Shown here piece after piece: positions 1 to 12,749 of a DNA stretch of 64,000 bases (position 1 is the first letter of the stretch; each line of letters begins with the position of its first letter). The position numbers and the translations under genes are program-made. The DNA is from Octopus sinensis (taxonomy: Eukaryota): assembly GCF_006345805.1 (NCBI RefSeq), contig NC_043002.1:4340001-4404000 (forward strand), given 5' to 3'. Under the pieces are notes generated by a model that made no database searches, was not told where the DNA came from, and was given only the letters and a program-made list of their open reading frames with translations.

Positions 1-378
1 TATATATATATATATATATATATATATTTACATATATGCATATATATATGTGTGCATGGGTGTGTATGTATATATTTATGTATGTCTGTATATATATGAC
101 AGAAAACAAGCCCGTGCCTATAACATCTTTCAGATTTACGTACGATCGTCAAGATCATCACCATGATGATGATGGTAACGGTGATGATGATGATGATGAT
201 GATGATGAGATGATGATGATGATCTTGATCATCATCACTCATCGTCATCATCATTATCACCATCATCATCATCATCATCGTTATCATCGTAATATTAGAT
301 ATCATTGTCGTTGTCATCATCGTCGTCACCGTCACCACTGTTTCTATAGTCACCACCTTCTTCAGCATCATCATCAGT

Positions 379-776
379 GGAGGCGCAATGACCCAATGGT
401 TAGGGCAGCGGACACGCAGTCGGAGGATCGCTGTTTCGATTCCCAGACCGGGCGTTGTCTATTGAGCGAAAACACCTAAAGCTCCACGAGGCTCCGGCAG
501 GAGGTGGGGGTGGCGATCCCTGTTGTACTCTTTCGCTCCAACTTTCTCTCACTCTTTCTTCCTGTTTCCTGTTTCTTGTCCCCGACTTCCTACGCAACCG
601 GTGAGCCTGGATGCGCATTCATCCATCCGTCGATGCTCTCGGTGTCGAGGGTTGACCTGCTTTCTCTTCTGCGGGTCTTACGAATAGCAAAGGACCACTT
701 TTCGGACTTCTCCCACTACAGAGGCGCGATCTTGCGAGCTCTGGGACGAAGACCGTTCGCTCAACAGCAACAGCAC
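379..776 (+). mobile_element. tRNA-derived SINE, family E (about 400 bp, ends in (CAACAG)n)
   Basis: Pol III A-box-like TGACCCAATGGTTAGG and B-box-like GTTTCGATTCCC; closely similar second copy at 57911-58301; embedded in CAT/CAC repeats. Confidence 0.8.
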
Positions 777-1607
777 CACCGGCACGGTCACTGTTGCCAC
801 TACCCAAACCAAAACTATAACCACCACCACCAGTCAACCTCCAGTCATCCGATGATGTGCATCAGCAGTTTTTTGTCGACCCAATTTCCCTTAGAAGGGC
901 TTTGGGATGCATCCAAAGCAGTGTTAGTAGAAAACACATGCTGAAATCACGACGCGGTAGGTGCGAACCCGCGATCTCATGATTAGAAATTCAATGATAG
1001 AATCGTTGGAACAGCTGAGAAAATGCCTCTTTGTATCTTGTGGCGTTTCTTTATCGTCTGTGTTTACGCAGGGTTTATGTTCCTTTTCGCATTACTCCCT
1101 TCTGAGATCAATAAAAATAGATATTGCGTACGAAATTATTGACTAAAACCCTTGAAGGAGGTGCTCCAGCATGTCCGGCGTTTGAAACCAGCAAAAGAAA
1201 ATAAAGGGCAAAAAAGAAAGAAAGAAAAAGGAATAGTCATATTATTGTAATATGACACAAAGTTTCGGAAGTAAAGTCACTACCGCAAAAAAAAAAAAAG
1301 AAAAAGAAAAAGAAAATCAATAGCAAAAAAAAAAAAAAGGAAGAAAGTAAAGAGATGGAAAGAAATCATTCCTGGCTCTAAAACAAACAAACAAACGGAC
1401 GCAGAAATTACGAGAATATTTATAAATGGCGGACAGGAAGGAACCGTCACTTTCCCGCTCGCAGAGTATAAGAGGATAATGGTTGGTGTTTGTTTGCTTT
1501 AACTTCCAAATGGCTAGATCACAATCTCTCTCTCTCCCCTATCTCTCTCAGTATATATAATGTGTGTGTCCGTGTGTGTCCGTGCGTATATGTGTGTGTA
1601 TGTCTAT

Positions 1608-1639
<32 letters not shown>

Positions 1640-1995
1640 TAATAATAATGAAATATTCTGCTCAATACCACAGATTGAGTAGTATATATTTTTTAATTAT
1701 GAGCTACAGGAAATATTCTGCTCAATACCACAGATTTGCTTGTCAGTTGTTTGACCGTAACCAGTTGACCATGACGGGTAGTCATGATGAGTATACTGGG
1801 CTTCGTATACTTTACCCCCGGTGTCACTTTGATAGCATGCACTGCTCCTTCACTCAATAATAAATAATAATAATAATAATAATAATAATATAATAATAAT
1901 AATATAATAATAATAATAATGATAATAATAATAATAATAATATAATAATAATAATAATATAATAATAATAATAATAAATAATAATATAATAATAA
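1640..1995 (+). mobile_element. Probable retroelement 3' end running into (TAA)n
   Basis: Short complex island between CAA/TAA repeats; AAATATTCTGCTCAATACCACAGATT occurs twice, 60 bp apart; ends ...CACTCAATAATAAATAATAA. No coding similarity seen. Confidence 0.35.
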
Positions 1996-2000
1996 CAACT

Positions 2001-3366
2001 TCTTTATTAACCACAAGGGTTTACGTTAAGAAAAACATTATGGACTTTACAGGACAAAACAAAGAAGTTGTATTGAGTGTGGTTGTGTGAGAGTTTTGCG
2101 TGTATACAAGATCAACAAAATTTAAAAAATCAACAATGTTTGATCCTCATTAGGGAGGAGACGTTCGAAGGCTGCTGATGGAAAACCCCCTTAAAAAAAC
2201 CCCCATGTACCCTGACTTTTGGAGCAGGTGCCCTTTTCCTTTCTTTTTTTTTCAACTACAGGCCCGTTCACCCGCACCATTCTCGCTGCTTTCATCCGCC
2301 TTTCAGCAATCTGGCTGGAAGATAACACTTTCCTCTCTGCCCTTATTTTCCATTTCAAGTGAAACGTGAAAAAGTTGAACAGGGATTGACCAAAGAGAAA
2401 AGTGTTTGCCATTCAGCCCCTTCAATCTCGTCCACCGTACAACCTCTTTTATCATGGCAACCGGGCATATAAACACAGCCTTTCCTTCTCGCTTAAAGAA
2501 CGGCGGCGGGGCGGTCTTCACGATGGATTTAGTTGACAGCCGGATCCGTCCCACATGCGTCAGCAGATATTCTACATAAACCCACAGGTCATCAATGTTC
2601 GCACACTGGACGAGTACATGCAGCATCGTCTTGTCGTTCGCGTGCATCTGGGACATGCTCGGCTGACGGCACTTCCGTGTCTTTAAAGTTTATCTCGTAC
2701 AGGCCAGATTCCCCGGTAGCAATGCTAAGCTAGAGATTTTTGGAAATTACCGTCGGTCCCGGGCTGAAAGTTCTCCAGAAAAGAGCGGCTAGTTGATCTT
2801 CTTCGACACCCAAGATCTCCCCAAGAACGGCGTCGGGCTTTTCCTCCACTAATCCTCATTAAAAAGCTAAAGTGGACGTTCCAACAATTGCAGTGTCCGA
2901 TTGGATGAGGACTGTGAGTGCTTGAAGACATTCCACTTTCCAAATGCTCCCCACCCCTCGGTCTCTGTTTTACCTAGGACTTCAGATCTGTTAAAGAAAC
3001 TAGCTGCGGGAGTACGTGTCTGGTGAACGGCGACCACACTTGTTCAACGTCAAGGAAACACTGGAGATTTAGCCTTAGCGCAATGTCTGCACATCATCAA
3101 CCACGGCATGCTCAGGCCACCATTCAGCGGGGTTGACAGCAGTTAGACAGCCTGACCATTGGGACGCGTCCCCTCCACAAGAAGCAGAAGAGTATACGCT
3201 CCAGTGTAATCAGACGGTAGTCAGGACATGGCACGACGGTCAGATAATAGTAGATGACGGACGCAATATACACGTTAACCACTTGTGCTCGATCTTTCAG
3301 GGATAGCTTTCTCTCGGCCCATTTCTGGGTAAGAATAGTCATAATATTCCTTTCCATTATAGGCAC
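2001..3366 (-). mobile_element. Tx1/L1-clade LINE, 3' fragment, frameshifted
   Basis: Minus-strand peptides KWAERKLSLKDRAQVVNVYIASVIYY, LERILFCFLWRGRVP, DGNFQKSLA..PVRDKL and a decayed Cys/His knuckle (TMLHVLVQC); AATAAA on the minus strand near 2005. Confidence 0.85.
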
Positions 3367-3547
3367 AAAGCCTGAACTTTGGGGGAGTGGGATAATCGAT
3401 TACTTCGATTCCAGTACTCAACTGGTACTTATTTTATTGACTTCGAAGGGATGAAAGGCAAAGTCGACCTCGTGGGATTTGAACTCAGAACGTGGAGACA
3501 GACGAAATACTACTAAACATTTCGCACTAATGATTCAGCCCAGCGCA
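3345..3547 (-). mobile_element. tRNA-derived SINE, family B2 (B core with AGGCCTTGTGCCTATAGTAGAAAGG-type tail)
   Basis: Shares GATGAAAGGCAAAGTCGACCTC...GAACTCAGAACG core with family B copies. Confidence 0.75.
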
Positions 3548-3640
3548 TCACTTTAATAACAACAACAACAACGATAATAATGATGATAATAATGATGATA
3601 ATGATGATGATGATGATGATGATAACAACAACAACAACAA

Positions 3641-4553
3641 AAAATACCCAAAGAGAGCTAATAGTGTCGATGTTGACAAAGCCCTTACCCATCAATGACT
3701 AATGGCTTCTGACTTAAAATTGGAAACAGAAGGATTTATCAAAGCAGCCCAAGATCAATGCTTACCTACAAGAAACTACCAGGCCAATATATTAAAGAAC
3801 GGTAGCTTCCCAATATGTCGTGTATGTCAACAACAAAATGAAGCCGTTGATCATGTCTCCATGTGCAGTCTTCTAGCGCCTACAGAGTACCTCAACAGGC
3901 ATGATAGAGCAGCACAATATATTCACTGGTAATTTGCAAAAACCTGGACCTGCCCCACGATAATAACAACTTCCAGTGCTTGAAAATGATCGCATCTCAC
4001 TCCTCTGGAACTTCACCATTCAAACTGACAGATGCAAATAGGCCAGGCGTTATATTGAAAGACTTCAGACGAAAATCCTGCCTCCTCATTGATATGACTG
4101 TCCCAATCGATATAAACGTATTTGTCAAGACCTACCAGAAACTGAGCAAATATAAAGATCTTGAAATAGAAATTAGCAAAATGTGGAACCTGAAGACTAA
4201 AACAATACCTGCTGTCATAAGTGTCCTAGGAATGATAGCAAAAAGGGCTGATTGCTACCTAGCTCCAGGAAACCCCCAAAATGGCAGAAATTCAAAAGAT
4301 AGTGCTCATGGGAACTGCCCATAGCCTACATAAAATACTGTCTATGTAATCTCAAATTTTAAAACACTCGTAATTTTCTTATGTTTTCTTAAACATTCTC
4401 TAGAACAACATTATATACAAAACCAAATATATGGCACCCTAGGCATAACACCAACATGAACTTCTAACTCGTTGTCTCTTGAGGTCTCTGGGTGAGACTT
4501 GGAGCCAACTTGTACAAATGCAAAGCAAAAGTCAAACAAAATTATAATAATAA
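3641..4553 (+). mobile_element. R4/Dong-clade non-LTR retrotransposon 3' part (zinc knuckle plus restriction-like endonuclease), 5'-truncated
   Basis: ETEGFIKAAQDQCLPTRNY, CRVCQQQNEAVDHVSMC, RHDRAAQYIHW, CLLIDMTVP, KLSKYKDLEIEISKMWNLKT; flanked by ATG/ATA repeats and ends in TAATAATAA. Confidence 0.85.
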
Positions 4554-4778
4554 CGCATAAAAACATTTATTCGCTCTTGTTTTGATATCTATTTTCCTGT
4601 TTGCACCATCATACCTCAACATCTGATAGCCTCACAAAGTTTCAAACAGGAGGGACAGAACAAACCAAACTGCTATCAAGGCCTTCAATATAATTGTTTC
4701 AAATTGCTGTTCATCGCTCAACATAATTATTGAGCTGGTATACAAGAGGAGCTATGGAAAGTACACTATGAAGTTTAT

Positions 4779-4857
<79 letters not shown>

Positions 4858-5039
4858 AACGTGTGCACAGAAATTATATAAAGATAAGAATACAGAGTGA
4901 CTATGGCTGCTGTGAACTCTCCCAGCAATGGCACATTAAACAGGAACCTTACTATCGAATGGGTCTGGCTAAACTTCCAAGTTGCAGTCACTAAGTATTT
5001 CTGTCTAAAAAAATGCTTTCGTCTCTATTAGTGTGTTGC

Positions 5040-5066
5040 GTTTCTTTCTTTCATTCCTTCCTTCCT

Positions 5067-5130
<64 letters not shown>

Positions 5131-5138
5131 TCCTCCCT

Positions 5139-5187
<49 letters not shown>

Positions 5188-5255
5188 TTTCCTCCCTTCT
5201 TTCTTTCTTTCTACCTTTCTTTCTTTCTTTCCTCCCTTCTTTCTTTCTTTCTTTC

Positions 5256-5286
<31 letters not shown>

Positions 5287-5336
5287 GTTTCTTCCTTCCT
5301 CCCTTCCTTCTTTCTTTCCTACCTTCCTCCCTTCCT

Positions 5337-5370
<34 letters not shown>

Positions 5371-5650
5371 TTTCTTTCTTTCTTCTTTCTTTCTTTCCGC
5401 CCTTCTTTGTTTGTTTGTTTGTTTTGTTTTTTCTTCCTTCCTCCCTTCCTTCTTTCTTTCTTTCCTTCCTCCCTCCCTTCTTTCTTTCTTTCTTTCTTTT
5501 TTTCTTTTTTCTTTCTTTCTTTCTTTCTACCTTTCTTTCTTTCTTTCTTTCTACCTTTATTTCTTTCTTTCTTTCTACCTTTCTGTCTTTCTTTCTTTCT
5601 TTCCTTCCTTGTTTGTTTCTTTCTTTCTTTCTTCCTTCCTTTTCTTTTTT
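5040..5650. repeat. (TTTC)n/(TTCC)n microsatellite
   Basis: Direct reading of sequence. Confidence 0.95.
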
Positions 5651-5912
5651 TGTTCTTCTTACTGACTATATACATTTTAAACACTAACCCTAAAATCACT
5701 GACTTTTTACCAGAAGAAAGGATTTATTTTTTGTCCTGACTGCCTGACGCAGTTTAATTTTCCTTTCAGGAGTCGAAATGTGTCGCAACTCAGTCAATGT
5801 TGTTGACTGTGTTTTAAAGCTACGACTTTAAATCTGTCCAGAGTTACCTCCCTTCAATCTTTCCCATTCATAACAGCTAAAAGCAAGAAAAACAGTATCT
5901 GGGAATTCGACA

Positions 5913-6012
5913 NNNNNNNNNNNNNNNNNNNNNNNNNNNNNNNNNNNNNNNNNNNNNNNNNNNNNNNNNNNNNNNNNNNNNNNNNNNNNNNNNNNNNNNN
6001 NNNNNNNNNNNN
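5913..6012. other. Assembly gap (100 N)
   Basis: Run of N. Confidence 1.
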
Positions 6013-6788
6013 CAGGTATGACCCTATTGTCAACAGCGCAGAGAGATCAAGCTATCCCCTGATTGCAAGCTGCGTGCCCTGATTGTTGCGAACGCTTACA
6101 GTATCGATGTCAGCACCATCTATTGCCTGCAACAACGATACAGCAACACCAACAGCACTGCAGACCGTGCCCGCAGAGGGCGCCCTCAGGTGACCACGCT
6201 TAGGCAGGGCCGCTTAATTCACCTGCAACACCTCCGTGACCGCTTCAGACCGGCAAGCGTGACAGCTCACGAGACCATTGGCACTGGACAGCGACCCATC
6301 AGCGATGACACAGTACGTCAACTGACCGCCAACAACCTGCGTTGCCGTGGTCCTGCTCGAGGGCTGTCCTCTCACCTGCCACTATCTGGCTACACAGCAC
6401 CAACATTGGGATGAAATCCAGAGACGGCTGAACCAGGTGGTACCAAGGCCGACAACGAGTGTGGAACTTGAGGCAGCTTTCCTCAGGGTGTGGGCACAGA
6501 TGCCAATGGCTTTTGTGAACTGCCTCATGCACTCCATGTACCGACGGTGAATGGCCGTTTTGAACACGCAGGGAGGGCATACACGGTGTTGAACATGTCA
6601 CGCCCTACAATCTCGATGTGCTGGATCCGCCCACTACCAGAACACATGACAACGACCCATAGACTGCGGTCAAAGTGCATCCAAGAAATTGGCTTTATCA
6701 GATTTATCAAAATTTATCTCTGACATAATAAAATGAAAACATATTTCACAGCTTCACACGCCTCACATTTCTTTTGCAGTTCAGTGTA
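6013..6788 (+). mobile_element. Tc1-like DNA transposon, internally deleted; left end lost in gap
   Basis: RRGRPQVTTLRQGRLIHLQHLRDRFRPASVTA (DNA-binding region) fused almost directly to HWDEIQRRL..ELEAAFLRVWAQMP..SMYRR*..QGGHTR (C-terminus); no DD34E core; terminus ...TTTTGCAGTTCAGTG followed by TA at 6787-6788. Confidence 0.85.
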
Positions 6789-7319
6789 CATATATATATA
6801 TATATATAGGAGGCAGTGATACTGTTTGTTATAAATTCACTCTTTCGAACCTCGTAAAGGAACTGTATGGAATAATTAGCATCCATAACGCTTCCTTGAG
6901 AGCTATTTGGATGAATAAATTATCCGTGACATAACTGCGTTATTTAAACATGAACAAATATATTACCCTACACGGTATAGCATGAAAGAAAAGGCTGTGA
7001 AAATGCCATTAATTTATGAACCGAACTCGCTGCCAAGATGCTATTACATATGCATATTGCACTATTCTGCTTACTTAAGTTTCTCATAATGGTTAGTTTA
7101 TAAGCAGTATTTCCATGGTCAATTAAAGAATATAATCAGTCATTGATTAAATTGCATTGATTAAAATGCGAGTGAAATTAGTCCAGCTGATGGGTTTTTT
7201 AATTCTTTTATTTTCCTGTTAATAATGGTACAACATCTGAAAGAAAGGTGTTGATACCTGTCTATGCATACCAATCGACGGTGCTGGATTGGCACGCGGC
7301 ATTTTTGCAATAAAAATTA

Positions 7320-7490
7320 GGCGCAGGAGTGGCTGTGTGGTAAGTAGCTTGCTAACCAACCACATGGTTCCGGGTTCAGTCCCACTGCGTGGCATCTTGG
7401 GCAAGTGTCTTCTGCTATAGCCCCGGGCCGACCAATGCCTTGTGAGTGGATTTGGTAGACGGAAACTGAAAGAAGCCTGTCGTATATATG

Positions 7491-7523
<33 letters not shown>

Positions 7524-7732
7524 TTGTGTGTCTGTGTTTGTCGTCCTAGCATTGCTTGACAACCGATGCTGGTGGGTTTACGTCCCCGTCACCTAGTGGT
7601 TCGGCAAAAAGTGACCGATAGAATAAGTACTGGGCTTACAAAGAATAAATCCCGGGGTCGATTTGCTCGACTAAAGGTAGTGCTCCAGCATGGCCGCAGT
7701 CAAATGACTGAAACAAGTAAAAGAGTAAAAGA
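7320..7732 (+). mobile_element. tRNA-derived SINE, family A, full length
   Basis: A-box TGGCTGTGTGGT, B-box GGTTCAGTCCC, internal (TA)n(TG)n, tail GCTCCAGCATGGCCGCAGTCAAATGACTGAAACAAGTAAAAGA; about 10 copies or fragments in window. Confidence 0.9.
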
Positions 7733-7861
7733 AGAATTATCCAAGACCGTGATTAGGCAGTACTATTAGAGTATCATGCGAGATGATTTGTACAATCTAC
7801 ATTGGTTTTTTTTTGCCTTTTGACGGCATTTCCCATTAGTGGCAAGCTGTATCGATCTTAC

Positions 7862-7926
7862 CTCTCCTTTCGACATCATAGGAGATATTGGCGCGGATAG
7901 GAGAGATTTGCATGCTTGGGTAGCTA
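7862..7926 (-). CDS. Candidate internal exon (65 nt) of unidentified host gene
   Basis: Minus-strand acceptor TTCTTCCGTTTATATTTCTTTAACAG and donor AG|GTAAGA; two open frames (xATQACKSLLSAPISPMMSKGE or SYPSMQISPIRANISYDVERR). No homolog recognised. Confidence 0.45.
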
Positions 7927-8224
7927 CTGTTAAAGAAATATAAACGGAAGAATATATACTTTGGTCTCGGACTGTGTCTTTGAGAGAAACTTTCCTAGTA
8001 CAGAAATCCATGACCAGCTATGACCGAGGCTACCTTGAATATAATACGTATTACATATATTATGTATATAATCACACACACACACGCACACACACATACA
8101 CACACAAATACACACGCATTCACACGTACACACACATAAATATGTGTGAATACGTATGTTTGTATGTATATATACATACATATATATATGTATATATGTG
8201 TGTATGTATTTACATACACTGTAT

Positions 8225-8686
8225 AAGTATTATATATATGTATGTATGTATGCATGCATGCATGTATGTATGTATGTATGTATGTATGTATGTATGCATG
8301 CATGCATGTATGTATGTATGTATGCATGCATGCATGTATGTATGTATGTATGTATGTACGCATGTATGTATGTATGCATGTATGTATGTATGTATGTATG
8401 TATGTATGTATGTATGTATGTATGCATGTATGTATGTATGTATGTATGCATGTATGTATGCATGCATGCATGTATGTATGTATGTATGCATGCATGCATG
8501 TATGTATGTATGTATGTATGTATGTATGTATGTATGTGTGTATGTATGTATGTATGTATGTATGTATGTATGTAGTATGTATGTATGTGTGTATGTATGT
8601 ATGTATGTATGTATGAATGTATGTATGTATGTGTGTATGTAATGTATGTATGTATGTATGTATGTATGTATGTATGTATGTATGTA
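8225..8686. repeat. (ATGT)n/(ATGC)n microsatellite
   Basis: Direct reading of sequence. Confidence 0.95.
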
Positions 8687-8983
8687 GTGTTCTTTTGGAA
8701 CTGGATTTCAAACATTTTTCGAGATCTAATTCCCAAAAAAGAATTATTCAGCGTTCTCTCCAAAATTTGTAAATTCTTATGACGTTAACATTATGAATGT
8801 AATTAATTATAAAATTTAATACGTACAAGAGTTATACATGAGCTTCTTCAAGTTTCATGTTTGGACAGTTCAGTAATCGGACGGATTTGTATAGCGTACC
8901 ACGAATGATCTGGCAGTCATTGAAGCTCAATTGACATGATGACTCCTTGAGGGAATTCGAGAAAAGGAAACGATATAAATCGC

Positions 8984-9209
8984 GGCGAGCTGGCAGAAAC
9001 GTTAGCACGCCGGGCGAAATGCTTAGCGGTATTTCGTCTGCCGTTACGTTCTGAGTTCAAATTCCGCCGAGGCCGACTTTGCTTTCCATCTTTTAGGGGT
9101 CGATAAATTAAGTACCAGTTACGCATTGGGGTCGATGTAATCGACTTAATCCGTTTGTCTGTTCTTGTTTGTCCCCTCTGTTTAGCCCCTTGTGGGTAGT
9201 AAAGAAATA
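8984..9209 (+). mobile_element. tRNA-derived SINE, family B monomer with target-site duplication
   Basis: Head GGCGAGCTGGCAGAAACGTTAGC, B-box-like GAGTTCAAATTCC, tail GGGTAGTAAAGAAATA; ATAAATCGCGG at 8975-8985 and 9211-9221. Confidence 0.9.
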
Positions 9210-9344
9210 AATAAATCGCGGTGAGATAAGATAACTTTAACGGAAAAGGATAAACAAAAGCTGTTTTGCTTTAACCCATTATATCTAAAATGGCCATCTC
9301 TAGTGGGAGGAGTCGATGGGAAGGGCTAAAGTGAGTATTTCAGT

Positions 9345-9700
9345 TTAATAAAGGAAACTTGATGAGATGCTTACATCTTGTAAAAAAATATATCTGATCT
9401 CGAGCTAAGAAGGTCGTTGCAGTTCTTCGATCTAATAAAGGCGTGTTATTTCAGTCACACAGCGCCTCTGCATATTGACCCATCAATGTATTGTCTCGAT
9501 CCCTCTACGATGCTTCACTTGTTGGTGTGTGGTATATTACTGTTCTTCCGGTACCAGATAAGACTTGCTAGTTTTCTGCTTTCCTTTTTGTGCTTGAAGG
9601 AAGACGTCTTGTTGGTGTATCAATTTTTGAAGTTACTAATATACATCTTCTTTCGGTTAGTGATGTTTATACCTAATCGCTAAAGTTGAATTATTAAATG
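9345..9700 (-). mobile_element. Penelope-like element, decayed GIY-YIG endonuclease
   Basis: Minus-strand NFKN*YTNKTSSFKH..LASLIWY.KN.NIPH..*SIVE..RQY..GSICR and LLSSRSDIFFTRCKHLIKF, matching the PLE endonuclease layout. Confidence 0.7.
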
Positions 9701-9779
9701 CTTCCTGAAGCTAGGTTCAAACACTTGCAAACCCTACCATAAATCAAATAAAAACACTTATATACACAAACAGTCTTGA

Positions 9780-10200
9780 CACTCCATTATTATCTTTAAA
9801 AACCTTCTAGGTAACATTAGTAATTGGAGATCTTATTCTCTTTCGCTAAAAAAATTTTTGATCAGACAGCCCATTACTCTAATAGTGCCCTGACTGACAG
9901 TGGCTTTAAAGAGAAGGTATCATACTTACTGATATAAACAAGTACCATGGCTAAAAATAGATATTGGATATTCATATGGTTCGCTACCACACTTTTCTTA
10001 AATACTGGGACTAATGTTAGTAAAATATTCCTAATCTTATTAGATAATCATTTTCCCCATAGCCATAGATAATTTTACTTCTACTAAGCCGAGGTTTTCT
10101 GTGCCCCAATAAATAAGGGAACCAAAAACAATGTATTGGACTATGTGAAAGTGACTTACTTATCTTTATCACCCCCATACAACTATTCTAGTAAATTACA
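9780..10200 (+). mobile_element. Penelope-like element, decayed RT-thumb/linker, inverted relative to 9345-9700
   Basis: KIFDQTAHY.NSALTDSGFKEKVSY and KNR..IFIWF...NTGTNVSKIFLILLDNHFPHSHR (cf. PLE IIWFNPP...TNIGK.FL.L.DKHFP). Confidence 0.65.
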
Positions 10201-10650
10201 AGCCTAATATTAACTTGATCTACCAGTTTAACTGTGACTCATCAAATATACAACATAGATTATAATCTCTGCAATGAACTTAATTTAGGCAAAACCAGCC
10301 CAGTTTTTTAATACAAACTTGTAGTCCGGGACCACAATTCACTCGGCCATTCTTCGGAATGGATTCTAATGAGACTCGCAAACGCAGGGAGCAATGCATT
10401 ATCTATAACTAAGGAATCTCTGACACTCATGGCACTAATAGACGTCCCAAGGTCCTTTCATTCTACATTCAGCCATTATCTTCTTCACTCCTTATTTCTT
10501 TCTTTTAACTCTGGCCATGGTCACCGTTTACACCGTCGAATTAGTTTTGTATCTATACAGATTTCCATTATAATAACGCCTTTGTCATAATTGTCATGTG
10601 CTGGCTTGCATACACTGTGCTAGTATTATACGCCTTGCGTTATATATATG

Positions 10651-10793
<143 letters not shown>

Positions 10794-11357
10794 TATATGT
10801 GTGCGCGCGTGTGTGTATATATATAGAGACAGACGGGGAGATATTTAAATGGATTTTATATATTAATTAATTATAAAAATCATACGTGTATTTTTATCAT
10901 TGAAACAGGTGTAGGGTTCAGAGACTAAAGATATGCAACTATTGTAAATATATTGCTCTAGGCATTCTTTTCAGTCAATTCATGTATGTGTGTGTATGCA
11001 TGTACTCGTATGTGAGTATTTATGTATGTACATATATGTATGTATATGCATATATTTTATAGTGCATAAGCTTTAATTCAACATATATACGTACACACAC
11101 TCACATGCACACACACATACTCCCACACACATGCACACACACTCACACACATATACTCGCATGTACATATAGCTTTAATTCTTAACACTTCACAAAAGCT
11201 CATTACTGTTTTCTCAACTTTTCCCTCTTTTACCTCCTCTTCTGACTATAGGTACGTCTGCTTTTCTTTTTCCTGTATTACTGTTTCGTCCTTCGCCGTC
11301 CTACTCAGCCTATCTTCTCACTATATACTCACTCAAATTGTTTCTCTTCCTTTACAG

Positions 11358-11402
11358 GAAAAAGCGATGATATAGTCAAAGCAGGAACATATTTCCTCAT
11401 TG
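11358..11402 (+). CDS. Candidate symmetric phase-1 exon (45 nt) of unidentified host gene
   Basis: Long pyrimidine tract ending TTTCTCTTCCTTTACAG; donor TTG|GTATGT; only one frame open: (G)KSDDIVKAGTYFLI(G). Confidence 0.45.
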
Positions 11403-11915
11403 GTATGTTCACGCAGGATGGTTTGGAGCTAATCAAGAACAACTACATGCTCTACGTCTCCACAATCAGCTCTAACTTGCAGGTTACATACCACACACTC
11501 ACACACACACACACACAACGGTGACGGCGAAGGAATCACAAGGATATATAAACATATTTTCTGTCCAATAATTCGAACATTCTCACAACAATTCCAACCA
11601 AAATATTCCAAGAAAATGTATGATAAAGTGTTTATATGACCATTCATCTGTGATCTGTGATCTGTGTTCTTCTGTATGCCAGTTCACGTGAGTTTGTATG
11701 TATGTGCATAGATGTACATAGGAACATAAACGTGTGTATGTACATCCATACACATACATCTAAGCGTATATATGTGTGTGTATGCATGTATACTTGTATG
11801 CATATTGGCTAGAATGTGTGGATACATTTCTTTAAGATATATATATATATATGTATATATATATATGTGTATATGTATATATATATAAATATAAATATAA
11901 ATATATATATATATA

Positions 11916-11989
<74 letters not shown>

Positions 11990-12749
11990 ATAATATAAAT
12001 ATATATATATTATATATATATATATATATAATATATATATATATATATAAACACAATTCTGTGCAAAGAATAATGCACAACAAAAATGAGTGCAATGATG
12101 CCGGTACGATTGGCACCACTACTACCACCACCACTACCACCACCACCACCGACGCAACTACCACCACCACCATCACCATTACAACAACAACAACTAATGC
12201 AGCGTATAATTTGTAGTTTTAATAAATGTCCGGAGTGAATGAAGCATTTGAGAATGAAACGATAGGGGTAAGATAAATGCGAAGGCGATTGAACAGCTAC
12301 ACACGCGCACACACAGACGTACTCACGTACACACATAAACGCAAACACATGCACACACACACACACACACACCCACATACATACATATATAAATACATAC
12401 AGACATACATTACAGACAGACAGACAGACTGAAGGTTGTGTAGGGTTCGAGAGCGCAGAGAGCTGGCAAATAAAGGAGGGGAGGAGAAAAGACTTATGGT
12501 GGAAGAAGTGAGAAAGTGGAGGAGGAGGAGGAGGAGGAGGAGGAGGAGGAGGGGAGGAGTGGTGGAATAGTGAGAAGGGAGGAGGTGAGGGGGGTTAGGA
12601 GTTGCAGGAGACATTGGACATATGGAGGCTGTTGTTGTTGTTGAGCCCCATCACAGAGCTCTCTAATGGAGTTATAGTCAAAGGCTTTCCGGCCGTGACC
12701 ATCTTATCTTTTCCTTTAGTAAGACGAACCTAGAACCCACATCTTATAT

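Noticed and set aside
504-944. 146-aa ORF with a paralog at 57987-58355
   Set aside because: Lies inside the family E SINE; start, frame and end differ between copies.
5013-5739. Long F/L/S-rich and K/R/E-rich ORFs (up to 224 aa)
   Set aside because: Translations of the (TTTC)n microsatellite, which lacks stop codons.
7320-7400. tRNA genes at SINE heads (also 379, 8984, 18201, 57911, 61124)
   Set aside because: A/B boxes are present but no convincing cloverleaf or terminator, and each continues into a repeat body.
7974-8782. MYVC/HTYI-repeat ORFs up to 238 aa; same pattern at 24.8-25.5, 40.5-41.3, 45.4-46.1 and 51.6-52.0 kb
   Set aside because: (ATGT)n, (TA)n and (CA)n repeats; no coding signal.
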